Positions 37,193-48,005 of a stretch of 64,000 nt of DNA are shown in pieces. A model generated the notes under the pieces. That model had not been told where the DNA came from. It made no database searches and saw nothing but the letters and a program-made list of their open reading frames with translations. The position numbers and the translations under genes were made by a program. Positions within the stretch are counted from its first letter, which is position 1, and every line of letters starts with the position of its first letter. This DNA comes from Marsupella aquatica (lineage: Eukaryota > Plantae > Marchantiophyta), in NCBI GenBank assembly GCA_973895155.1, contig OZ316893.1:16150645-16214644 (forward strand). The letters are read 5' to 3'.

Positions 37193-38364
37193 TAAGTAGG
37201 ACCGATGTTAGATAAGTAGAGCAATTAGTGTTGCTAACAAGTGCAAATCTATTTTGCATGATGTGTCAGGCTCAATATCTGCATTTGGATATACAACAGG
37301 GGTGACCCTCCCAAAGGTACATATGAAGCCAATTGTTGGTGACCTGTGCCCAACAACGAGCAATGCTCTATCCAATTTTACAAAGGAAGATGATGCAGTG
37401 AGAGACAAATTGGCGGGTACCTTATCGCTTGCAATATTGCAATGCATCATAGAGCACATCACCAGTCCTGGCGATATAATATTTTCTTGGAATGTCCACT
37501 TTGGTGCTATCTACAAACCTACCAATAATTGTGGGCGACTAGTATTTGGGATGGAAGCGCATGACTACTTTGGTGACTCAGCAGCTTCAGTGGTGTGAAA
37601 ACTCCTTTCAACGCAGCAGGGCAATGAGACCAAGGCGAAGGCCAAGGAGGAGACTAAGAAGGAGGAGGCCAAGGAGACTACAAAGCCTAACTTAGGGTAG
37701 AAGAAGCTAGTCCTTGAGTCTGATTCAGAGGAGGATGTCGCAAAAGGCAAGGGTGGGGATGCTTAGGATTGTGAGTAAACATTGAATCCAAGAACCCATT
37801 TGTTGTAGGTAGTTTGCAATTTATATTGTGCCATGGTGAGGATCAATAAAAATGTGTAAGTTCCACATTATTATGGCATTACCCTAAATTGTCTACTTAA
37901 CCAATAGGCAGTTCACTACAGGAACATTGAGTTTGAACAATGGCCAGCACACATCGGACAAGAACAAAGTCCATGAAGCATGGGAGGAAGCATCAAAAAC
38001 TTTCTCTCCAGAAAGATTTTGCCTTCCAACCTATGCAGAAGGGAGTGTTGATTCACGTCCCTTCAAACGGCTCAAGGGTGTAGCTGAGAAGTACACAAAG
38101 AGGCAAAAATCTAGATTTGTAGATGATAGAGCAGTAGAGGTAGACTACAATGAAAGTGAGTGTCAGCAGTGGTAGTGACGAGGTAGCTCACCCTTCTTTT
38201 GTGATACATAGCTCAGATGAAGATGATGCCTAATGCCATGTTGTTCAATCCTATGTAGCACGTGGTGGGAATACCCGGATACTTGGGTCATTTATTGAAG
38301 TAGTCTACTTTCAGGAATTTTCCAACATAGTATCCACATGTCTATCCATAGAGCTCCCAGGTGA

Positions 38365-38630
38365 GGAAGTAATGTCCAACTTTGTAGAGTACAAGTTGAC
38401 CAGGGCGTCAATGAGATGCTTGTCTCAAGGAAGAACATCAGCTCAATGGCTACATTCAGATATCATCGATGCATACTTGGCCTTGTTGTAGTTTAGGGGG
38501 AGATCAAGAGACTATCCAAAGTGTGCATTTTTCATCATAGCATTCTACACGTTGCTTTCATCGCCTGTATACTGTTTTGCCAATTGCTCGATGGACCAAA
38601 ACATAAAACATATTTTGACATGGAGGTTAA
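38365..38630 (+). pseudogene. Ulp1/SENP (peptidase C48) N-terminal fragment, truncated
   Basis: Manual translation: KLTRASMRCLSQGRTSAQWLHSDIIDAYLALL*FRGRSRDYPKCAFFIIAFYTLL, matching the C48 WLNDEIIN.Y..LL...KC.FF..FY pattern. Confidence 0.75.
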
Positions 38631-39309
38631 CACTGTGATGCCTAGCCAGGAATCACTAGGCCAGTTAAAGTGGTAAAATCGGGAGTGTACCCTCAAAACA
38701 CATTAGTATAGTAACAAAACAAGGAAAATATAAACAATTAAGGGTGACTATGGAACCCAAGCCGAGGCCGGAAGTAAGGGCGCCACGGCAAGGAACGCAA
38801 TTAGGGTTAGGGCACGCTAAGTGCCGACAGCAATAGGTAATCAATGGGAAGATCGACCATGGAGGGGGGGTAAGGCAGGGCAACCCAGGAGTAACGGCTC
38901 ACATTCGCACCTCAAGCAAGCAGAGTGCAAGTAGAAGCCAACGACTGTGAGCTGCGGAGGAGAAGGCGGGAGGGGCATAAGCAGCTACCGAGCAACGCCA
39001 GAGAAGGGAATGAGCAACATCAATCAAGCAACACATTTTTGGGGATGCCTGTTTGAACGGGCAAGTGAGTATGTCAGGACTTACAAAGAGGAAGAATCAG
39101 AAAGAGCAGCCCACGAGCGATAGGAACTTGCTTGGCTGTGGGAACTGCAGAAGACAACCTTCTTAGGAGGAGAACTCATCAAGGCTGAATTCTTGTGGAC
39201 ACCTACTGGCGACAAGCTTGACGACCTTCTAATTTGAGACAACAAAATCGTCGGCATCCGGCAAGCCATCAACAATTGCAACGACGAACATTGGGACCGG
39301 AAAGGTTGC

Positions 39310-42301
39310 ATGGCGTCGTGGACAAAAGCCACAGTGTTGGGAGAATCTTCAGGTGCGGCTGAAATGAAGAGGAAGATGGCCAACAATGAAGAAAACACAC
39401 TGGCCAAGAGGATGAGGTCGGCAGTATCAAGGAGGCCGGCCGAACAGGGGAGGCAAAGAGAGGAGGAACCCAAGGAACAAGAAGTCGACCCAGTCAATGC
39501 CATCCCTACCCGAGACGACACCTGGAAGGGATGGGCGGCAATGATACCACTGGCGGTACAAGTACAACTTTTATGAGAAGAGGATGCATGCTTTACAGCC
39601 ATGCAGACCAAGAAGTACCAAGGCTTCATGACCGGATCAGGCTTGGGGACCTTTGTAAGACTACCGTGGCTGAAGAGGGAGGTGCCAAAGTTGGACTTAC
39701 TGGAATTCGTGGGATCATGGGACCACAAGACCAGCTCCACAAAGATCTATGGGAGGGACTTCTATCTCACCTCCAACGTGATTGCCAAAGTGTTTGGCTT
39801 GTCGATGGGCAGCAAAGCTAAGGTAGAAACCCGGAAGAACTTGTCGGACAAGGAGTTTAGATCATTCCCCGGGCCGTCAACAAAGAATGGCTTCCTTCGG
39901 AGCACCTGCACCAACCCGCATATTGGAGAAATGATTGATTTCTTGCGGGTAACAATGCATTGCAACTGGCCAAGGCCAGAGATCGGCAAGGCACAGGTTT
40001 ACTTGGCAGAGAGGCCAGACCCAAGCCGGGATAACAATGGGTACCTCCTCAACCAACTCAGAAAGATATTGAAGGAGGAACAGCAAGTGATTAGCCAAGG
40101 GAGCGTATCCCGGCTTGGTTATCACATGTTGTTGTTATGCCGGTATGCCCAAAGTCAAATCTTTGCCCCGATCCTTCCCCTCCAGGCTAGAGCGCCAAAA
40201 GAGGGATCAGACCCGAGGCCGACAGAAAAGCAGCCCAATCCGCCCGGCAGCCCCACGATAGCTCAGGTCTTCCAACAGGTACCAGAAGCCGGGCCAATGC
40301 AACAACCGGCCATGCACAGCCTCCTGCACATACTTAACAAGGAGAAGGCGGCTCTAGCACCAGAGGCAGCAGCAGCGGGCACCAGAAGAACCGCTAGAGG
40401 AGAACCCATGGCCGGGGCCGTAAAAAGAAGCAGGCCAAAAACAAGCCAGGGGTGCGGATGTATGTAGAAGCCTCTAGTTCTGAAAAAAAGTGCGGAAATC
40501 AGGTGCGGGAGCCGGAGGGGCAAGCCGCACGCATATATAATCCTCGGCAGGAGGCCGGGTTTACGGCTAGTCCTAGAGAGGACAAGCAGGCACCAAGACA
40601 ACCGGAGGGCGGGAAATACGTGGAGGAATACCACAAGGACTTGGGTTACGGGTCGGATCGCTCAATACCAGGGTGTGGACCTACGGCCGTTTTATCCCCA
40701 GACTACCAAGAGTGGTGCGTGGGGATCCACAACAGTAGGGGAGCCCGGAGTCTCCCCCACCGGACGTACCTCCACCAATTTTTGATGGAAGACAACAGGC
40801 TGATCACAAGTTGCAGCAGCAATTTAGTGACCTGGAGGAAGCCACCCTGGCCAAGGAAAAGGACTTGCCTGGCGGTGGACGGCCGGAGGACATTCAGCAA
40901 CTGGTAGGGACTCAAGCCGCGCCTTTGCCCATGTTTGAGGAGATACGGAGGGCGGCTTGGGAAGGAAGGCCATGTTGGGAGATGTCGACATCTCCTAACC
41001 ACTCCACCTATGCACGTTCCAGAGCCCTGGAGTATGAGAGGATGTGCGGGCTACCCGCCCTTGACATCTTTGGGTTAGAATTGGAGACAGGGCCTTTCGT
41101 CCAAAAAGAGATGTTGGAGAAAAGCCGATTGGAGGACGCACTGGCCCTGGAGAGGATGAAGGAGGAAGTCATCCGACGGCTAAGAGAGAAGGAAGCATGA
41201 AATAAATATCATGTAGGGGCAACTAGCCCAGACTCAGGAAGACTTGGCCGAAGCCCTCAAGGAGAAGGAGAAGTGGAAGCAGGAGGTGAAGAAGGCAGAG
41301 GCAGCTCACATAATGGCCTACAACAGAGCCATGACCGAGGCCCAGAGGAAGGAGCGGGCACTGAAGGATGAGATCAAAGAATGCCGCAAGGCCCTTCATC
41401 AAAAACAGGCCGAACTTGATGAGACCTACGGGGGCATCAACAAGTTGAAAGGAGACCTGGAGGACCTGTCGGCCAACTTTCAAGCCGAGCTGCGGAAGAA
41501 GGATGATATGCTCGATCAAACCTACGACAATATGAATAAGATTGAGTTTGATGTCGTCCATGAGCTCAATGCAGAGCTGAAGGCAACCCAGGAGGAGAGG
41601 GCGGCCTTATGGAAGGAGTTGGATGAGAACCTAGCAGAGTTGGAGCAAGCCCGTGGGATTTAGACCAAACCCTGGTGGAGTTGGAGGAAGCCACCCAGAA
41701 GATGGAGAATCTGCAGAGACGGGCGGACAACCAAACCGAGCGGTTGAGGAAGCAGTCTGAGGAGCTAAATCAGCTGACCGCAACAAATGGACCCTTGATA
41801 GCGGCAACAGGGTTGCAGGGCATGGTATTAACCAAGCAACAAGCCGTGGTACCCTTACCCTTGCCAGAAGTAAGCCACAAGGGGAAGGCCGTTTGGGTGG
41901 GGAAGGACAAAAAGCGGAAGCCTTCTGGGTTAGGAAGCCACACCGTTCGCCACTGTGGCTGAGGTAGAGAGCATGGCACCAGCCTTATGAGAGGTTGTGC
42001 CGTCAAGGAAGCATTCCGGGAGGTAGGCCAAGAAGACCGATTGGGGGAGGCCATGACTAGCACCAACCCAAGGGTGCCAACCATGGATCAACATCAACCG
42101 CAACCTTGGGAGGACGAGAGAACCCAACTCATAGAACAAGCCTATGAGGAGGACCACTACGGCAAGGTAGTCGATGTCGGGATGGAGAGAACAGAAGCTG
42201 CAAGGGTGGGACCCCCACAGATAGGTCGGGGTAATGGAAGCCGGACAAGTAGAAGCCGATGTAGCCAAGGCCAAAGTAGTGGTGGGGCCTGGACATACTG
42301 A
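39310..42301 (+). pseudogene. Decayed retroelement accessory ORF (plant-transposon-protein-like N-terminus + coiled coil)
   Basis: Colinear fragments with stops; LGTFVRLPW...EFVGSW...LTSNVIAKVFGL resembles Athila/Tat accessory proteins; long E/K-rich heptad region. Confidence 0.5.
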
Positions 42302-44024
42302 GGATGGGTTGACCAGGTCAGGAGCGGGTAACTTGTCAGAGAATAGGAGGTCTACATTGGCCGCCGAGGAAGGATTGAGGGCGTCCACTGAGGACCAGCC
42401 ACCGATGTCGTGACGGTGTAAGGGCGTTGTCCCTTTTAGGGAGGGCGGACGTGGAGGGAGGAGATGTGAGTGGGCAATGCGGGCGCAAATCTCCAAGTTT
42501 AGATTTAGGATCAGGACCAAGAGGCGGCCCTGACACTTAGATTAGTGGGATTGCGGATCCACTGGTAAGAGCAACACTTGTGCTCTTGCCTCGCTGTATA
42601 TAGGTAGATTATAGTTAGGATAGATTAGGCTTACACTACAAGGAATTAGGTGGATCCACTACAAGGATAAGTACCTGGGCAGCGGGGAGTTTAGGGCCTT
42701 CTTCTTTAGCAAGTTTTTAGTGCACCAGTAGGGCTAGGATCAAGTAGTAAAAGAAGCTCTTGGTTAGTTATACAGTGACCCTTGTGTATATTCATGTTTT
42801 CTCATGCCTAAGAGCTAAATAGAGTTGGCCTCACGGCTTAGTTCGCAGATCTTGTGTATGAGAAGTACTGTTTGTATGGCAAGTGCAGGGTATAACTCAA
42901 TCAGAAGGAGTCATTTTGCTATTTGTGTGTTGCATTAACTTGTTTGAAGATTGCCCACATCAACCAAGAAAGAAGGGAAGTCAGCAAGGTAGTAAGAGTT
43001 GGATGTGTCGAGCTGAGAGAGGTCTTAGTGACTAACCCAAGCCAATTGGGGATCATTCCGGCGGCGGGATCCAAACATACCTAAAGGGAGACTAGGAGAG
43101 GAAGACAAGGGAAGGCATAGAATAGGCCGGCTACTTATCTCATGACCCGATGAAGGATCTGTCCAGTGTATGTGTGTAAAATGTTAGTAGAGAGGATTAG
43201 CAGCGTCCCATGCCGATAAGCCGCGGAACCGGCCTCGCCAAGAGCAAAACCTGCAGGAATCGTCTTGTGCAGGGGGGTTTCTTGGGTTTAGGGAGCCATG
43301 GGACGCACCACAAACACCTTGGAAAAAAACTATTACTTGTGTAGGGAATCAAAAAGAACTTGGAAGAAGAGAATCTCCATGGCACTACTCAGTAGGGTGC
43401 ATAAACATAGACAGGGCAGAAATCCCATTTTGTACATTTTTATTACATGTCAGTAGAATAGATGTTGCCAAAGTATATTTCAGTGAAATCTTAAAAAGGA
43501 AGCCAGGTAAAGGAAAACATTGGAGATATCCTAAGAACTTAATGATAATAGGTTATTGGTTAGATAGTGAGACTATTTTCCTAGAAAAAAGAATCCCTAG
43601 ACTTAGATCAGTAATTCCATGTGTTAGGAATGAAGATACCAGAGAGTTAGGGGTGTTAATGGGTATTGAAAAAAATGAGAGAGAAAAAGATAATTGGGAA
43701 CCAACCAACCTGTTAGAGTTAAGTAAAAAATACTCAGGTGTACATATCAAATATGGTCACAAGATACACCACAACCAGTTATGGAAGGAATTAGAAGAAC
43801 AAGCTTTTGACAAACTAAGTAATGGATTAGGGTGAACCAATTGGAAGAGACAAGAAGAAACCGTTAGAAGACAGGGTATACTAGTTGATGCAGTGTGCGT
43901 GCTAGAGAAACCCGCAAGTAAATCAAGACGTTGGAACCAGAAAAGAAGACCGAGGCACGAACAGCAATCAGGGCAACAAGTAGTCGATCCCGTTCCAGCA
44001 ACCAGTGAGAAGTAAAAAGCAAGT

Positions 44025-46820
44025 ATGACATCTGAAGGAAACATGGAGGAAAGGAAGAAACAGAGACATGACCCCATCAACGATTGTATCAGCGATGGAG
44101 AGGAAGACAAAGCGCAATCAGAGGAGGAATCACAACTAGAGAAGATGTCCATCACAATTGTGGGGTTTATCAGATCGAAACCGCATCAAGAGTTTGTGAG
44201 GACACAATGTCTAACATAGTTCATAAACTTGGGCTGGGAGATCACTCGGTATAAGGATTGTGACCTTGAAGACTTCATTTTAAGCTGGAATGAACAGAAG
44301 AACAAAGGCAGATTTCTGAATCGGATTGTGAGTACTAGTTACAAGACAGTAATGGATGCCTTTGGATTGGATGAAGGGGGAGCAAAAATCACTTGAAGGG
44401 TTGGAGCCACTTACAAGTCAAAGCACTTTCATGAGAGCTTTTGTAAGCCAAAGGGATCAAGATTCATGATTAGTCAATGTACCTCAAGTGTCGTCAAACA
44501 GAGGGCGGAATTCATCAGCCATGCAATGATGTGGAAGAAACCAAGAAACAAATGTTCCAGGTACATTATCAACCTAGTAGAGGACTGCAATGATGGTCGG
44601 AAGAACGTACTGGAGTGCATTCTTTTACGAAAGTCTACGGAAAGCTTTGGTGAGGGCTAAGGATCATCTGCAAAGTTCATAAGACAACATTACATTAGAG
44701 GTAGGGACACATATTTGATTACTAGTACACCATTGTTTGAATGCTCAAGAGAAAATTGAGAAGACCCCTGAGCCATCAAAACGCTATCGGTTAAGAGGAA
44801 AGATAATCTTGGGGAAATCAAGAACTGAGAAGGAACCAGTCAACTTGAAGACTCAGACACAACAGCTTAGCATGCAACCAGGAAAGCAGGAGGGGATAGC
44901 AAAGGAAATACCAAAGATTGCTACAAGACAAGGCGGAGCAAGAGAAGCCTGATGGAAACCAAAATCAAGAGCAAAACAACCAAATCCCAAGAACGTGGGA
45001 CAGAAGTGGAAGAAGAAGAGATTTATCTGATGGACATCAAGCAAGAGATTGGCTCATTGGACTTGGAAAAGGAAGAGCATCCAGAGGGCAAAACCAATGG
45101 ATAACTATAGACCAAGGGGAACCGAAACAAATTTGAGAACCAGCGCAGGAGGAAGAGCACAAAGAGGAAATCCATCGAGGAGCTACCGTAGGGATAACGA
45201 CAATGGATACCGATTCCACAAGAGACCGACCAGAAGGTGGGCACAAATGTAAGTCGAGAAGAAGTCAAGAAATGATTGACCCAAATCATCACAGAGAAGG
45301 GGCGTACATCCAGCAGAGGAAAAGAGAGAGCAGATTCAACACCAAAGCTAACTGAGACAACGACTCAAGAAACAGCGGTAATAGCCAGAAGTTGCGAAGG
45401 TACCTCAGATACCGTGCCAATTTCTAAGAAGAGAGGTGTGGATCAAATTATGTTATTGAATGAAATTCTTGGACCAATCATGAAGTTCCATAATGTCAGC
45501 GGTCTATCAAAACAAGAGATGGCAATGAGATTTCAGTGTTGAAAGGACAACTCCAAGAAGCTGAATTGAAAATTGCAAGCAAGCCAGGAAGAAACTGAAT
45601 TGAGGAAGCAACAACAAGAGGCAGATAAGCCAGAGCAACAACAATAAATCAAAAAATTAGTGGGAGAGTTAGCTAAGATGACAGGAACACAATCAATTGA
45701 ATTAAGTACTTTGGTGGAAGCATTACAAATGTTGGGAATTGTGAAGCAGAGGATGAATGAACTTGAGATGCAAGTACAGATCGTGACAGTGGACAAGAGG
45801 GGTATAGCGACGGAGACAGGAAACAAGTAAACAAGATTTTTTTCCTATTTTTAAAATGCTGTTACCAGGAAAAAATCACTGTTACCAGGAAAAATGACAA
45901 TTTAAAAATGTCTCCTAAAACATGTTATTTCCAAAAAAAATTAACAATGCAACATTTTTGGCTAGCTTTGAGCGCTACTATTAGCAGCGCCGGGCACTAG
46001 CAAAAAAAACTGGTCGACCGGAAAAAAAAACTTTTTTTTCTCAAAAAAAAAATTTTCCAAAAAAAATTTCCAAAAAAAATAAAAAAAAAATTCCACCCAT
46101 TTTTCTGTTACCAGTTTTTTTCCTATTACCAGGTTCTGTTATTAAATCCTGTTTCCTGTTTGCTGTCTTTTGTAAACACCTCGGACAAGAGCAAAGTTGA
46201 AAGAGCAATTGAAGAATTGCGAGTGGCACAAGCTATACTAGAGAGGAAACTGGAGACCAATAGAGACCAACTGAGAGAATTACAATAGCAGAGTGACAAA
46301 ACTGGGAAGAAGCTGAACTACAAGCAGGATGAATTTTAAAAGATGGCAACCAGAGAAACAACATTATCTTAGGAGAAAGAAAAGTGGGAAGCAGACATCC
46401 AGAGGCTGCAAGCAAAGAACAAGGAACAGTTACAGGAGTTGAATGAGGTGCTGAAGGATAATGAAGACTTGGAGACCAAGCAAGAGCTCATGGAGGAGAA
46501 GATCCGGGATCTAAAAACTATGGTGTTAAATTACAGGGCGAAACAGCTCAAAGCAATCATAAAGAAGGCCACAGGAAAAGAACCAAAGAAGAGATTTCTT
46601 ACAGGCACAATTGAGGTGATCACTAAGGAGCAGGTTACAGAAGCTATGAAGGAAGCACTCAAGGAGACCATGGAAATTGCCAAAGAACGGACACATTAGG
46701 ACAAAAATCAGGAGGAAGTTGTAACAGCTGAAGAAGCAGTGTCTCATCGGATCACAGATGAGGCAACCTTAGATGGAATGGAAATTGATGGGACATTGGG
46801 GACGAGTCCCAAAGGTAAGT
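44025..46820 (+). pseudogene. Second, more decayed accessory/coiled-coil ORF of similar type, interrupted by a MITE
   Basis: FINLGW...EDFILSWN...VMDAFGL motif parallels 39601-40000; E/K-rich fragments continue across the MITE. Confidence 0.4.
45800..46182. mobile_element. Non-autonomous Mutator-like MITE (copy 1)
   Basis: Starts gggtatagcgac, ends gtaaacacctc; imperfect terminal inverted repeats; 9-bp TSD ggacaagag; second copy at 55774-56098. Confidence 0.82.
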
Positions 46821-47304
46821 AAAGGAGCAATGAAATGGCAGAAATTTAGCAAGGTAGATTAGTGAAATTTTTAAGTTAAGTATCGAGTTACAGTTAAGCA
46901 GAGGTTGAGTCATTAGGGCATTTACTATTTAAACCATGTAAAATTTTACCAGAGCTTCATTTTGTCTAGTTGGGGCTCAATTTTGGTCAGGCGACAATTC
47001 TATAGAGATGGATCAGTCTGGAGGTATCCGCTTGGAGTAACGATTGCAACGATTTGGGGCATGCACGGCAACGAGTTAGTTTATGAAGGCTGCAATATTA
47101 TGTTGGAAGATGCAAAGCGGTGTGCCTTGGGGCCGAATGCCCACAGAGCTGGACTGAGTAGAGAAGAACAGAATGTAGGGTTGCCAGTGCAAAATTGGGT
47201 GAATCATTTTTGTCAACCAGTAGGCTCAGGCCAATATATGTACAATTTTTTTGTGAAAATCAATGATGGTGCATGTTTATCAAGTGTGGGAAGAAGTTGA
47301 TTGT

Positions 47305-47501
47305 TGTTGTAATAGACAACTAAAGGAACACTCAAAGATACTCCAACAAGATAGATCCATTACTATTGATGAGGGGATATATATATCCCCTTGGTTACAT
47401 GGTAGGCAAATGCCCTTATACTGGTCCTATGGTTAGGAGTTCTCATACTATGGTTAAGGGTTCTCGCCCTATGGTTAAGGGGTAAACTAGGGTTTACAAC
47501 A
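47305..47501 (-). repeat. 3' LTR of copy B
   Basis: Identical to 52980-53176; carries ggaacActc where copy A has ggaacGctc. Confidence 0.97.
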
Positions 47502-48005
47502 CTCCCCCTTGGTTAGTTTATGGAGGAGCATAAAGTAACCACATCTCTTGAACCTAGGGTATAATCCGGTTTAGGGGTCCACCTGTGTGATGTAGCCTCA
47601 TTAAAACCTCGCCGCTTTCTTCTCGAGGAAAGAGTGCTACCATCACTTATATAGGTGGTTTCCCATATCTAATGTCCTGGTTAAGCCTTTTTGCCATGTC
47701 TTAGTTAGTGTTAATCGTATGTGCTAAGTGGGGTTATGTGAATGTTCCTAATGGGTGTCTAGTCTCCCCCTCAGCTCGTTGCCTGGTGTGCGCCTCGTGT
47801 TGTTCTTCATGTCGTTTTGCGTATTGCGCTTCGCTTCGTGTTGTGCTTTGGGTTAGTGAGGCCAAGTCGGGCGTTTTTGCGTTGGTTTGCGTTGTTTCAC
47901 GTTGGGGATGTGGTGTGGCGCTCGCCGAGTGTGGTGGTCGGGCATCTGGAGGCGGCTTCATCGGGCGACAGCTTCGTCGTTGGGTAATCCTTTCGAGCTT
48001 CAGTG

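Larger units (their letters stand above)
26524..37770 (+). pseudogene. Multi-exon gene: ParB/Srx-like N-terminal domain + C-terminal N6A/N4C amino-methyltransferase-like fold; decayed and split by copia C
   Basis: FWVFDGNHRLNAW (ParB/Srx motif); introns 27209-27966 (in-frame join NA|ISAN) and 29248-29361; FDMIFVQLGTNY...WNRFWLS|DLEMATTLVDSLLTNDGFLCIV reads through once copia C is removed; later IIEHITSPGDIIFSWNVHFGAIY...GRLVFGME resembles the SAM-binding end of beta-class MTases. Confidence 0.62.
21006..38630. mobile_element. Large degenerate Mutator-like (MULE) DNA transposon with cargo genes; termini not located; interrupted by copia C
   Basis: MULE-type transposase, ParB/MTase-like gene and Ulp1 fragment are linked by one shared palindromic repeat family across their non-coding DNA. 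TIRs/TSD not found. Confidence 0.65.
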
